A stretch of DNA of 64,000 nt from Dongia sp. (GCF_041910485.1 NZ_JAYRQR010000034.1:9113-73112); one strand, 5' to 3'; counted from the stretch's first letter, positions 12,410-23,943 are shown. A program made the numbers and translations. Notes: generated from the sequence alone by a model not told the origin.

Positions 12410-13280
12410 GGGCGGTCTCCTTGGCGACGTCGAGAAAGGCTTTCACCAGCGGCGTGCCGCGCCGGTCGGCAAGGCAAGCCACGAACTCGGTCGATTTGAT
12501 GCGCGGGCCCTCGAACTCAAGCGCCTTCAGCCGCATATCGTCACCGAATTCCGACCGGGCGACGATGCCGATGCCAAGGCCCGCTGCGACACCCTCGCGG
12601 ATCGCTTCGCGGCTGCCGATTTCGAGGATCTCGCCGGTCTGGATGCCGGCCTTGGCGATGGCGGCGTCGAAGGCGCGGCGCGTGGTGGAGGCAGGCTCGC
12701 GCAGGACCAGGCGACGGCCGGCCAGTTCCTCGAGTTTGATCTTCCGTTTCCGCGCCCAAGGATGGGCCCGGTCGACGAAGGCGATGAGGTAATCCTCCTG
12801 GAACGGGAAGGCGTGGAGCTTGGAATCGCCGCCGATATCGGCCGCGATCACGACGTCGAAGCGCTGGTCGATGAGATCGGCCTTGAGGCCCAGCGAATTG
12901 CCGATCGACATGGACAGGCGCACATTGGGATAGCGCCGGTTGAAGGCGGCGAGGAACGGGATCGAATGATAGGGCGCATCGGCGCCGATGCGGAGATGGC
13001 CGCGTTTCAGCCCCTTGGCGGCGGTGAGAACCTGCTCGGCCTCTGCCTCCAGCCCGAAGAGCCGCCAGGTGATGTCGAGGAGGTTCCGGCCGATATCGGT
13101 AAGCTCGATCTTGCGCTTGCGTCGATCGAACAGGCGAACCCCGAATTGCTCCTCTAACCCTTTGACCTGGCCCGATAAAGTCGGTTGGGTAACATTGAGG
13201 GTGCGGGCCGCTTTGGTGAAGCTGCCTTCGGTCGCCACGGCATGAAAGGCCCTGAGGGCCGAGTGACTTATCGATGTCAT
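12387..13280 (-). CDS. LysR-family transcriptional regulator (divergent from phnW)
   Basis: 297 aa with the HTH FTKAARTLNVTQPTLSGQVKGLE and a LysR substrate-binding C-terminus. Confidence 0.9.
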   Translation of the reverse strand: MTSISHSALRAFHAVATEGSFTKAARTLNVTQPTLSGQVKGLEEQFGVRLFDRRKRKIELTDIGRNLLDITWRLFGLEAEAEQVLTAAKGLKRGHLRIGADAPYHSIPFLAAFNRRYPNVRLSMSIGNSLGLKADLIDQRFDVVIAADIGGDSKLHAFPFQEDYLIAFVDRAHPWARKRKIKLEELAGRRLVLREPASTTRRAFDAAIAKAGIQTGEILEIGSREAIREGVAAGLGIGIVARSEFGDDMRLKALEFEGPRIKSTEFVACLADRRGTPLVKAFLDVAKETAHDPRAQP

Positions 13281-13380
13281 CTATAGATCGGATCGTATAT
13301 AGCGATTGGACTTATGGTAGGGGCCAGCGCATGTTCCTGCAACATGAATCGGCGATGCTCTCGCCCACCGTTCCTCAAGG

Positions 13381-15776
<2,396 letters not shown>

Positions 15777-15787
15777 GGAAACGTGTC

Positions 15788-17215
15788 ATGGGTATCCTGC
15801 GCAAAGAGAAGATGCGGACGGTCAATTCGTCGACGGCCGGCGACCGCCATTTCGAAGTCTTCAATCCTTATACAAATGAAGTGATCGGCACCTGTCCGAA
15901 GGCTAGCCTGGATGACATCGCCAGCGCGTTCCGGACCGCGAAGAATTACAAGGCAACCTTGAGCCGCGCCGACCGCAGCCAGATCCTGCGCAAGACGGCG
16001 GAAATCCTGGTCAGCCGCCGCCAAGAAATTGCCGAGCTCATCACGGCGGAATCAGGTCTTTGCCTCAAGGATACGCTCTACGAAGTCGGCCGCGCCTATG
16101 ACGTCTTTCATCTGGCATCGACCATCGTCATCAAGGATGACGGGGAAATCTTCTCTTGCGATATCACCCCGCACGGCAAGAAGCGCCGCATCTACACGCA
16201 GCGCGACCCGCTCCTCAATGCCATTTCCGCCATCACGCCGTTCAATCATCCGCTCAACCAGGTGGCCCACAAGGTGGCGCCCTCGATTGCCACGAACAAT
16301 CGCATGGTTCTGAAGCCCAGCGAAAAGACGCCGCTCACCGCCCTGGTGCTGGCCGATGTGCTTTACGAGGCCGGTCTGCCAAAGGAAATGTTTCAGGTCG
16401 TCACGGGCGACCCGCGCGAAATCGCGGACTCGTTGCTGACAGATCCCAATGTCGATCTCATCACCTTCACGGGTGGTGTCTCGGTCGGCAAGTACATCTC
16501 GGCCCATATGGGCTATCGCCGAGCGGTGCTGGAACTCGGCGGCAACGATCCGCTGATCGTGATGGAAGACGCCGATATCGAAGAAGCGGCGACGCTTGCC
16601 GTTGCCGGCTCCTACAAGAATTCCGGCCAGCGCTGCACCGCTGTGAAGCGCATGATCGTGGTCGAGAGCGTCGCCGACCGCTTCGTCGAGCTGCTGCTCG
16701 AGAAGACGAAGAAGATCAAATATGGCGATCCGATGGATCCGGAGACGGACATGGGCACCGTCATCGACGAGGCCTCGGCCCGTTATTGCGAGGACAAGGT
16801 CAACGATGCCGTCGCTCACGGCGCCAAGCTGCTCTATGGCAACATCCGCAAAGGCGCGCTCTATTCGCCGACCGTCGTCGATCACGTGCCGTTCGATTGC
16901 GATCTCGTGCGCGTCGAAACCTTCGGGCCGGTGTCGCCGGTTATCCGCGTGAAGAATATCGACGAGGCTATCCGCGTTTCCAATTCGACCGCCTATGGCC
17001 TGTCATCCGGCGTCTGCACCAATCGCCTCGATTACATCACGCGCTTCGTGAAGGATCTTGAGGTCGGCACGGTCAATGTGCGCGAGGTGCCGGGCTATCG
17101 CATCGAAATGTCGCCCTTCGGCGGCATCAAGGATTCCGGCCTCGGCTACAAAGAAGGCGTCATTGAGGCAATGAAGTGCTTCACGAACGTGAAGACTTAT
17201 TCCTTGCCTTGGTAA
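15788..17215 (+). CDS. phnY: phosphonoacetaldehyde dehydrogenase (ALDH superfamily)
   Basis: ORF trimmed to the ATG at 15788. ALDH motifs ELGGNDP, GQRCTA and ETFGPV, and the position directly after phnW-phnA. Confidence 0.8.
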   Translation: MGILRKEKMRTVNSSTAGDRHFEVFNPYTNEVIGTCPKASLDDIASAFRTAKNYKATLSRADRSQILRKTAEILVSRRQEIAELITAESGLCLKDTLYEVGRAYDVFHLASTIVIKDDGEIFSCDITPHGKKRRIYTQRDPLLNAISAITPFNHPLNQVAHKVAPSIATNNRMVLKPSEKTPLTALVLADVLYEAGLPKEMFQVVTGDPREIADSLLTDPNVDLITFTGGVSVGKYISAHMGYRRAVLELGGNDPLIVMEDADIEEAATLAVAGSYKNSGQRCTAVKRMIVVESVADRFVELLLEKTKKIKYGDPMDPETDMGTVIDEASARYCEDKVNDAVAHGAKLLYGNIRKGALYSPTVVDHVPFDCDLVRVETFGPVSPVIRVKNIDEAIRVSNSTAYGLSSGVCTNRLDYITRFVKDLEVGTVNVREVPGYRIEMSPFGGIKDSGLGYKEGVIEAMKCFTNVKTYSLPW

Positions 17216-18116
17216 GTCCGATGGCGGGCGTGTTGGCCTCCGAGACCAGCCAGTTCTTGAAGGCCAGCACTTTCCGCTGTTCGCTGCTGCGCCGGCGATG
17301 GACCACCCAGTAGCCGGCCTTCGTGTCGAGCTTCAAGGTGAAGGGGGCGACCAGTCTGCCGTCGGCCAGTTCCCGCTGGATGAGGGGTGAGCGGCCGAGG
17401 GCGACGCCTTTCCCCGCGAGCGCCAGTTGAATGGCCATGATCGACTGGTCGACGGCGATGCGATGTTTCATCCAATCAACCGAGACCTTGGCGGCGCGCA
17501 ACCAGTCGGACCAACCTTGCGGATATCCGGGAACGTCGATGAGGTCGTAGCGGTGCAGATCCTTGGCGCTTTTGAGGGGCGGCTTCCGGCGCAGCAATTT
17601 CGGATGGCAGACGGGAAAGATGAACTCGTCTACCAATTTCTCTGCGGCGACATCGGGCCAGTCACCCGTGCCGTAGCGGATCTCGATCTCGGCCGTCGAC
17701 CGGGTGCTTTCAATGGGTTCGGCGGTTGCCGAGACCTGCACGGCGAGACCGGGATGAAGCTGGCGAAAGCCGTCGAGGCGGTTCATCAGCCACTGGCTGC
17801 CGAACGAGGTCGTCACCTTGACCTGCAGCGATTGCTGCCGTCGTGCGGGGAGGGAATCGTCGATCGCCTCATGCAGCAGGTTGAGAGCATTGCCGAGCTT
17901 CGGGGCCATCAAGGCGCCGCCCGGCGTCAATGCCAGGCGGCGGTTGGCGCGGGTGAAGAGCGGCCGTCCGAGATAGGCCTCAAGTGCCGCGATCTGCTGG
18001 CTGACGGCCGAGGCGCTGACGTTGAGCTCGGCAGCGGCGCGGGTCATGCTGAGATGTCGTGCGGTCGCCTCGAAAGCGCGCAGCCAAGGAAAGGGGGGAG
18101 GTGCCGGTCTTGTCAC
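17181..18116 (-). CDS. LysR-family transcriptional regulator (GcvA-like), divergent from the tmpA-like gene
   Basis: 311 aa with the [28 protein letters not shown]. Its 3' end overlaps the phnY 3' end by 35 nt in a convergent arrangement. Confidence 0.88.
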   Translation of the reverse strand: MTRPAPPPFPWLRAFEATARHLSMTRAAAELNVSASAVSQQIAALEAYLGRPLFTRANRRLALTPGGALMAPKLGNALNLLHEAIDDSLPARRQQSLQVKVTTSFGSQWLMNRLDGFRQLHPGLAVQVSATAEPIESTRSTAEIEIRYGTGDWPDVAAEKLVDEFIFPVCHPKLLRRKPPLKSAKDLHRYDLIDVPGYPQGWSDWLRAAKVSVDWMKHRIAVDQSIMAIQLALAGKGVALGRSPLIQRELADGRLVAPFTLKLDTKAGYWVVHRRRSSEQRKVLAFKNWLVSEANTPAIGLTKARNKSSRS

Positions 18117-18225
18117 GATATCTTAATCTTAAGTGGCACTTAACGATACGCCAAGCTAGGCTCATTTGTCGCAGGTCGCAAGCTCGGTCATCATCACCGG
18201 GATCCATTGGTTCCGAGAGGCAGAC

Positions 18226-19368
18226 ATGATCGCCAATATCACGCACACGGCCACCAGCTTGACGGTTTCGTGGAAAACCGGTGGCGCCGCCACTTTTCCG
18301 GCCATCTGGCTGCGCGACAATTGCCGCTGCGCCAAGTGCCGCCATCCCGGCAACGGGCAGCGCCTCTATGAGATCACCGATCTGCCGAGCGACCTCAAGA
18401 TCGCTTCGGTCGAGACGCGTGGCGACGGCGCGCTGATCGTCAGCTGGGCGCCGGAGGGGCATTCGTCCACCTTCACGGCCGACTGGCTGCAGGCGCACAA
18501 TCTCTCGCCGTCCGCGCGAAAGGCACGAAAGCCAAAGCCCACACTTTGGGACAAGACGCTCGGCGCAGATATGCCGGTGGGCGATTGGCGTCAGATGATT
18601 GCCAACCCGGCCGCTGAGCTAGCGTTTATCGACGCCTATCACGCGCATGGCTTCGGCCTGATCCGTCATTCGCCGGTGGAAGCGGAGACGGTGCTGAAGA
18701 TCGGCAATCGGCTGGGCTTTGTGCGCGTGACCAATTACGGCGCCTTCTTCGACGTCGTTTCCGTGCCCAATCCCACCAACCTTGCCTATACGCCGATCGG
18801 GCTCGGGGTTCATTCCGACAATCCCTATCGCGATCCGACACCGGGTGTGCAGCTTCTCCATTGCCTGATTTCGGATGCGCCGGGTGGCGACACCTTGCTG
18901 GTGGACGGGTTCAAGGCCGCGACGATCTTGCGCGATGAGGACCCGGCCGCCTTCGATCTGCTGACCCGCGTCCCGGTCAATTTCCGCTTCCGTTCCGACA
19001 ATGCGGACCTCAATGCCCGGCAGACACTGATCACGGTCGATGAAGATGGCGACATCGTGGGCGTCCATTTCAACAACCGCTCGCTCGATTGGCTGGATGC
19101 GCCGGCCGACATTGTGGAACCTTGGTTTGCGGCCTATCGCAAATTTGCCGACGTTCTGCATCGGGCGGAAGGCGAGTTGATTTTCAAGCTGGAGCCGGGC
19201 GACTGTGTCGTGATGCAGAATGACCGGGCGCTGCATGGTCGGACTGCCTTCGATCCGTCACGCGGCCGTCGCCATTTGCAGGGATGCTACGTAGACAGAG
19301 ATGGCATCGACAGCCGGGCGCGCGTCCTGCGCCGGCAACTCGCGGACAACAAGGGAGCAGCAGCATGA
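18226..19368 (+). CDS. tmpA: gamma-butyrobetaine-hydroxylase-family Fe(II)/2-oxoglutarate dioxygenase, TmpA-like
   Basis: ORF 18166.. trimmed to the ATG at 18226, with GAGAGG 5 nt upstream. N-terminal Zn-Cys motif WLRDNCRCAKCRH, an HxD facial triad in GVHSDNPY, and a distal ALHGR. Confidence 0.7.
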   Translation: MIANITHTATSLTVSWKTGGAATFPAIWLRDNCRCAKCRHPGNGQRLYEITDLPSDLKIASVETRGDGALIVSWAPEGHSSTFTADWLQAHNLSPSARKARKPKPTLWDKTLGADMPVGDWRQMIANPAAELAFIDAYHAHGFGLIRHSPVEAETVLKIGNRLGFVRVTNYGAFFDVVSVPNPTNLAYTPIGLGVHSDNPYRDPTPGVQLLHCLISDAPGGDTLLVDGFKAATILRDEDPAAFDLLTRVPVNFRFRSDNADLNARQTLITVDEDGDIVGVHFNNRSLDWLDAPADIVEPWFAAYRKFADVLHRAEGELIFKLEPGDCVVMQNDRALHGRTAFDPSRGRRHLQGCYVDRDGIDSRARVLRRQLADNKGAAA

Positions 19369-19907
19369 ACACGATGCGCGCCATTCGCGCAGCCTTCGAC
19401 AAGCGTGGGCAACAGAGCTATGGGGAAGGCGTCAACCAGCTCGATCATGCGCTGCAATGCGGCTATTGCGCCGAGCGGGACGGGGCGCCGGCGTCACAGA
19501 TCGTGGCCTCTCTGCTCCACGATATCGGGCATATGCTGCATGATCTGCCGGAAGACATTGCCGACCAAGGTGTCGACACGGTGCATGAAAGCCTGGGTTC
19601 GGCCTGGCTGTCACAGCATTTCGGGCCGGAAGTATCCGAACCGGTGCGCCTCCATGTTGCCGCCAAGCGCTATCTCGCGACCAAGGAGAAGGGCTATTAC
19701 GACCTTCTTTCCGAAGCGTCGATCCAGTCGCTGAAACTCCAGGGCGGCCTGATGTCAGAGGATGAGGTGAAGGCTTTCGAAAACGAGCCTTACTTCAAGG
19801 AAGGCATCCAGCTGCGCCGCTGGGACGATGAAGGAAAGATCGCCGGCTGGGAGGTGCCCGATCTGGGGCATTTCGAGCCGTTCATAGATGGATGCAGACG
19901 CGACTAA
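19365..19907 (+). CDS. tmpB: HD-domain diiron oxygenase, PhnZ/TmpB-like
   Basis: The ATG at 19365 overlaps the tmpA-like TGA (ATGA). Motifs HALQCG, LLHDIGH and LHVAAKRYL; about 180 aa. Confidence 0.7.
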   Translation: MNTMRAIRAAFDKRGQQSYGEGVNQLDHALQCGYCAERDGAPASQIVASLLHDIGHMLHDLPEDIADQGVDTVHESLGSAWLSQHFGPEVSEPVRLHVAAKRYLATKEKGYYDLLSEASIQSLKLQGGLMSEDEVKAFENEPYFKEGIQLRRWDDEGKIAGWEVPDLGHFEPFIDGCRRD

Positions 19908-19914
19908 GGCGCTC

Positions 19915-20403
19915 TCAGGCAGCGGCCCTGCCGCAATTGGGGCAGAGGCCCTGAAGCTCGATGGTGAGGCGGCTGACGGTGAAGCCCGCAGCCGCTGCAC
20001 TTTTGCTGACGGCACTTGAGATGCCGGAATCCTGAATTTCCACTGCCGACCCGCATTTGGTGCAGATCAGGAACTGGCTGACATGCCGGTCTTCCGGGTG
20101 ATCGCAGCCGATGAAGGCATTGAGGCTCTCCAGCTTGTGGATGAGGCCTTGCTCCATCAGAAAATCGAGGGCGCGGTAGACCGTGGGCGGGGCGGCACCA
20201 CGATCGCCCTCCCGCAGATGGTCGAGGATCGCATAGGCGCCGACCGGCTGGTGGCTGTTCCAGACCAATTCGAGGACTTTGCGGCGGAGCGGCGTCAAGC
20301 GCACGCCGCGTTCCTGGCACAGGAGTTCAGCGCGAGACAGAGCCTCGGTCTGGCAATGCGCGTGATCATGGGGCGCGGTCGCGCGGTTGGCGGATTTGTC
20401 CAT
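19915..20403 (-). CDS. zur: Fur-family metalloregulator, Zur-like
   Basis: Trimmed to the ATG at 20403. Winged helix PPTVYRALDFL and the Cys pairs CTKCG and CPNCG. Confidence 0.75.
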   Translation of the reverse strand: MDKSANRATAPHDHAHCQTEALSRAELLCQERGVRLTPLRRKVLELVWNSHQPVGAYAILDHLREGDRGAAPPTVYRALDFLMEQGLIHKLESLNAFIGCDHPEDRHVSQFLICTKCGSAVEIQDSGISSAVSKSAAAAGFTVSRLTIELQGLCPNCGRAAA

Positions 20404-20486
20404 TGATTCAAAGCCCAAGCAGCGATTCCGAGCTATTATAGCGACTTTGGCTGCTTCGGTCCTCCTGTTAAAATATCTCATGCTAG

Positions 20487-20505
20487 TGTGAATAATAATT
20501 TCACA
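20487..20505. promoter_or_regulatory. 19-bp perfect palindrome TGTGAATAATAATTTCACA in the zur/cysG-like intergenic region
   Basis: Arms TGTGAA/TTCACA with a 7-nt AT spacer. It lies just upstream of the putative -35 at 20519. Confidence 0.35.
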
Positions 20506-20518
20506 GTGTAAAAACCCA

Positions 20519-20546
20519 TTGACGGTCCGGCGAGACGCTATATATC
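20519..20546 (+). promoter_or_regulatory. putative sigma70-type promoter for the cysG-like operon
   Basis: TTGACG (20519-20524), 16 nt, then TATATC (20541-20546), in an AT-rich patch. Confidence 0.35.
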
Positions 20547-20611
20547 GAGGTGAAAGGCGCGCAGATTAAGACCTGTGCAAAACCCATTGTATTTGTGTGA
20601 ATAGGCCGGCG

Positions 20612-21442
20612 ATGCAGGCGTTCCCCATCTTCATGCGTCTGGAAAATCGACGGGTTCTTGTCGTTGGAGCGGGTGCTGCAGCGGAAGCCAAGCGCCGCTT
20701 GCTGCAGGCCGCGGGTGCTGTTGTGACGCTGGTCGCGTGGGCCGATTTTTCGGCGGACCGCGTTGGTGAGAATGTGCTGGTGATCGGCGCCACGGGTGAG
20801 GCTGATGCGGATGCAGCCATCTCGGCGGTGGCGCGATCGGCTGGTGTTCCCGTCAACGTGGTCGACCGGCCGGATCTTTCCGATTTCATCATGCCGGCGA
20901 TCGTGGACCGTGGCGACATCGTCGTGGCGATTTCGACCAACGGCGCTTCGCCGGTTCTGGCGCAACGCGTGCGTGCCGCCGTCGAGGCTGCCTTGCCGCA
21001 TGGTATCGAGAAGCTGGTGCGCTTTGCCGCGCGCTTCCGCAGCGCCGTCCATGCACGCATCGCCGACCATGACGGAAGGCGCCACTTCTGGGCCGGCTTC
21101 TTCGAGGGCCCGATCGCCAAGGCGCTGCTCGCAGGTCGCGAGCGCGATGCCGCCCGTGAAGTGATCCGCGCCATCAACGGCGACATGCGCCGCGAACCAG
21201 CGCGGTTTGTGGAACTGGTCATCGATGCCACCGACCCGGATCTGCTGACGCTCGGTGCCCTGCGGGCGCTGCAGCAGGCGGACCTCGTTCTATTCGATCA
21301 GAGCGTCGCCTCCGAGATCGTCGACCTCGCGCGCCGCGATGCCGAACGGGCGCCGTGGATCGGTCAGGAAATTCCAACGGATAGGCATGTCGTGCGTCTC
21401 AGGGCGCAGCGGCCGGCCGCTTTTGCAAAGGTGAGCCAATGA
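20612..21442 (+). CDS. siroheme synthase N-terminal module (precorrin-2 dehydrogenase/ferrochelatase) with a vestigial methyltransferase remnant
   Basis: MQAFPIFMRLENRRVLVVGAGAAAEAKRRLL is a Rossmann fold of CysG-N type. The C-terminal approximately 70 aa (FVELVIDATDPDLLTLGALRALQQADLVLFD...) match only the start of the SUMT domain, and the GAGPGD motif is lost. The stop overlaps the next ATG (ATGA). Confidence 0.75.
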   Translation: MQAFPIFMRLENRRVLVVGAGAAAEAKRRLLQAAGAVVTLVAWADFSADRVGENVLVIGATGEADADAAISAVARSAGVPVNVVDRPDLSDFIMPAIVDRGDIVVAISTNGASPVLAQRVRAAVEAALPHGIEKLVRFAARFRSAVHARIADHDGRRHFWAGFFEGPIAKALLAGRERDAAREVIRAINGDMRREPARFVELVIDATDPDLLTLGALRALQQADLVLFDQSVASEIVDLARRDAERAPWIGQEIPTDRHVVRLRAQRPAAFAKVSQ

Positions 21443-21768
21443 CCCAGCCAACCAACCAGATGGTGACGGCGCAGTGGCTGTTGGGTGGCGAGTCCATCTA
21501 TTGGACGGTCGCTGAAGCCTGGTCGGAATCCTTTGCCGACGGAGCTGTGTTCGCGACACAGGCGGAAGCTGATGCGGCACTCGCCAAGGCGCAGGCTTAT
21601 GTCGCGCAGCGGATCGTCGTTGGCCCGTACCTGATCGAGGTTGAGGTTGATACCGCGGGCCCGCGCCCGACCTCGGCGCGCGAGCGCATTCGTGCCGCGC
21701 ACAATGCGACATTCCCCATCGATCACGGGTCGTGGACGGCCCGCATTTCAGCTAGCCATTCCGACTGA
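21439..21768 (+). CDS. DUF2849-like protein
   Basis: 109 aa. It occupies the position between cysG and cysI typical of alphaproteobacteria, and its start overlaps the preceding stop by 4 nt. Confidence 0.65.
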   Translation: MTQPTNQMVTAQWLLGGESIYWTVAEAWSESFADGAVFATQAEADAALAKAQAYVAQRIVVGPYLIEVEVDTAGPRPTSARERIRAAHNATFPIDHGSWTARISASHSD

Positions 21769-21777
21769 GGGGAAGCG

Positions 21778-23460
21778 ATGTATCGCTACGACCAATTCGA
21801 CGCCACTTTCGTTCGCGAACGCACCGAGCAGTTCCGCGGCCAGGTGGCACGCCGCCTTGCAGGCGAGCTCACCGAAGAAGAATTTCGGCCGCTGCGCCTC
21901 AAGAACGGCCTCTATCTGCAACTTCACGCCTATATGCTGCGCGTCGCCATTCCCTATGGCGAACTGTCCTCGAAGCAGATGCGCAAGCTCGCCTTCATTG
22001 CGCGCCGCTATGACAAGGGGTATGGCCATTTCACCACGCGCCAGAACATCCAGTACAATTGGCCGCGCCTCGATGACGTACCTGAGGTGCTGAAGCACCT
22101 CGCTGAGGTCGAGATGCATGCCATCCAGACCAGCGGCAACTGTATCCGCAACGTGACCGCCGATCATCTGGCCGGCGTTGCCGCCGACGAGATCGAGGAC
22201 CCGCGCGTCTGGGGCGAGATCATCCGCCAATGGTCGACGCTGCATCCGGAATTCAGCTATCTGCCGCGCAAATTCAAGATCGCGGTGATTGCCTCCGAGC
22301 ATGACCGCGCCGCACTCCGCACCCATGATATCGGCCTGAAGATCGTCAAGAACGACAAGGGTGAGGTCGGTTTCGCCTTCTATACCGGCGGCGGACAGGG
22401 GCGTACCCCGATCATCGGTCCGCTCGCCAAGGCCTTCGTCGCGAAGGAGGATCTGCTCTCCTATCTCGATGCGACCTTGCGCGTCTACAACATGCACGGC
22501 CGTCGCGACAATATTTACAAGGCCCGCATCAAGATCCTGGTCCAGGCGCTTGGCGTCGAGGAATTCACTCGTCAGGTCGACGAGGAATGGCTGCGCATCA
22601 AGGACAGCGTCCTGAAGCTCCCCGATGCGGAGGTGGCGCGCATCCGCGCCTATTTCGCAGCGCCCGCTTATGAGAAGCTGCCGGCCTTCGTGCCGGAGCT
22701 CGAGGCTCAGAAGAAGAGCGATCCTGAATTTGCCCGCTGGGTCCGCGCCAACACCGACCCGCACAAGGTCGACGGCTATGCTGCCGTGACGGTGTCGCTG
22801 AAGCCGGTCGGTGCAGCGCCGGGGGACATCACCGCCGACCAGATGGATGTGGTGGCGGACCTTGCCGACGATTACAGCTTCGGCGAGGTGCGTGCGACCC
22901 ATCGGCAGAATCTGGTGCTGCCACATGTGCGCAAGCAGGATCTCCATGCGCTCTGGCAGCGCCTTGCGGCAGTGAAGCTTGCCGAGCCCAATATCGGTTT
23001 CGTCAGCGATATCATCGCCTGCCCGGGCCTCGACTATTGCAATCTCGCCAATGCGCGCTCGGTGCCGGTGGCGCAGCGCATTTCGCGCCGCTTCAGCGAC
23101 CCGCAGCGTTTGGCCGATATCGGCGAACTGCGCCTCAATATCTCGGGCTGCATCAATGCCTGCGGGCATCACCATGTCGGCCATATCGGCATCCTCGGCG
23201 TCGACAAGAAGGGCGAGGAGTTCTACCAGGTGACGCTGGGTGGCTCGTCGGCCGAGGACATTTCCATCGGCAAGATCCTTGGCCCGGCTTTCTCGTATGA
23301 CCAGATCACCGATGCGATCGAGACGGTGATCGATATCTATATCGATCTGCGCACCGACAAATCGGAACGCTTCATCGATACCTATCGCCGTGTCGGCATC
23401 GAACCCTTCAAGGAGAAGGTCTATGACAGTCTTAAAGAACGGCGTAGCGCAGCCGAATGA
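21778..23460 (+). CDS. cysI: sulfite reductase hemoprotein (nitrite/sulfite reductase family)
   Basis: 560 aa with siroheme/4Fe-4S cysteines in ACPGLDYCNLA and SGCINACGHHH. Confidence 0.88.
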   Translation: MYRYDQFDATFVRERTEQFRGQVARRLAGELTEEEFRPLRLKNGLYLQLHAYMLRVAIPYGELSSKQMRKLAFIARRYDKGYGHFTTRQNIQYNWPRLDDVPEVLKHLAEVEMHAIQTSGNCIRNVTADHLAGVAADEIEDPRVWGEIIRQWSTLHPEFSYLPRKFKIAVIASEHDRAALRTHDIGLKIVKNDKGEVGFAFYTGGGQGRTPIIGPLAKAFVAKEDLLSYLDATLRVYNMHGRRDNIYKARIKILVQALGVEEFTRQVDEEWLRIKDSVLKLPDAEVARIRAYFAAPAYEKLPAFVPELEAQKKSDPEFARWVRANTDPHKVDGYAAVTVSLKPVGAAPGDITADQMDVVADLADDYSFGEVRATHRQNLVLPHVRKQDLHALWQRLAAVKLAEPNIGFVSDIIACPGLDYCNLANARSVPVAQRISRRFSDPQRLADIGELRLNISGCINACGHHHVGHIGILGVDKKGEEFYQVTLGGSSAEDISIGKILGPAFSYDQITDAIETVIDIYIDLRTDKSERFIDTYRRVGIEPFKEKVYDSLKERRSAAE

Positions 23461-23929
23461 GTGGGTTCGGGTCGCCGACGACGCGGCCCTGCCGGACGGC
23501 GCCAAGGTGATCGTATCGCTTGAGCGCTGGCAGAACGAGCGCGACGCCTTGCGTGGCCGCAACGCAGCGATCGGCGTCAGCCTGAAGAGCGACCAGTCGC
23601 CGCTGCTCATCGCCGACGACCTCGATCAATTGTCGTTGGTGGCGCTTGAATTTCCGAAATTCACCGATGGCCGCGCTTTTTCCTATGCGCGCGTTCTGCG
23701 GGACCGGTTGAAGTACCGCGGTGAAATCCGCGCCTTCGGTCAGGTCCTGCGCGACCAGTATCTCTTCATGCTTCGCTGCGGCATCGACACAATCGAACCG
23801 CCGGCCGAGAAGCGCGTCGAAGGCTATGCCGAAGCCTTGAGAGAATTCTCGGTCTTCTACCAGCCGACGGGCGACCAACGCCGGACGGCGATCAGCTTGC
23901 GGCATTCTCCGGAATCAGCCGCCGCCTAA
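23423..23929 (+). CDS. DUF934-like protein
   Basis: ATG at 23423 with GGAGAAGG upstream, giving a 38-nt overlap with cysI. The stretch EFPKFTDGRAFSYARVLRDRLKYRGEIRAFGQVLRDQ matches the DUF934 pattern. Confidence 0.7.
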   Translation: MTVLKNGVAQPNEWVRVADDAALPDGAKVIVSLERWQNERDALRGRNAAIGVSLKSDQSPLLIADDLDQLSLVALEFPKFTDGRAFSYARVLRDRLKYRGEIRAFGQVLRDQYLFMLRCGIDTIEPPAEKRVEGYAEALREFSVFYQPTGDQRRTAISLRHSPESAAA

Positions 23930-23943
23930 GATGCACAAAAAAG

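Noticed and set aside
18226-19368. Calling this gene gamma-butyrobetaine hydroxylase (carnitine biosynthesis).
   Set aside because: The fold fits. However, the 4-nt translational overlap with a PhnZ-like HD oxygenase, together with the adjacent phnWAY genes, makes a phosphonate-hydroxylating TmpA/PhnY*-type role more likely.
21748-23610. A 620-aa minus-strand ORF.
   Set aside because: It is antisense to cysI and DUF934, has no recognisable motifs, and is a high-GC antisense artefact.
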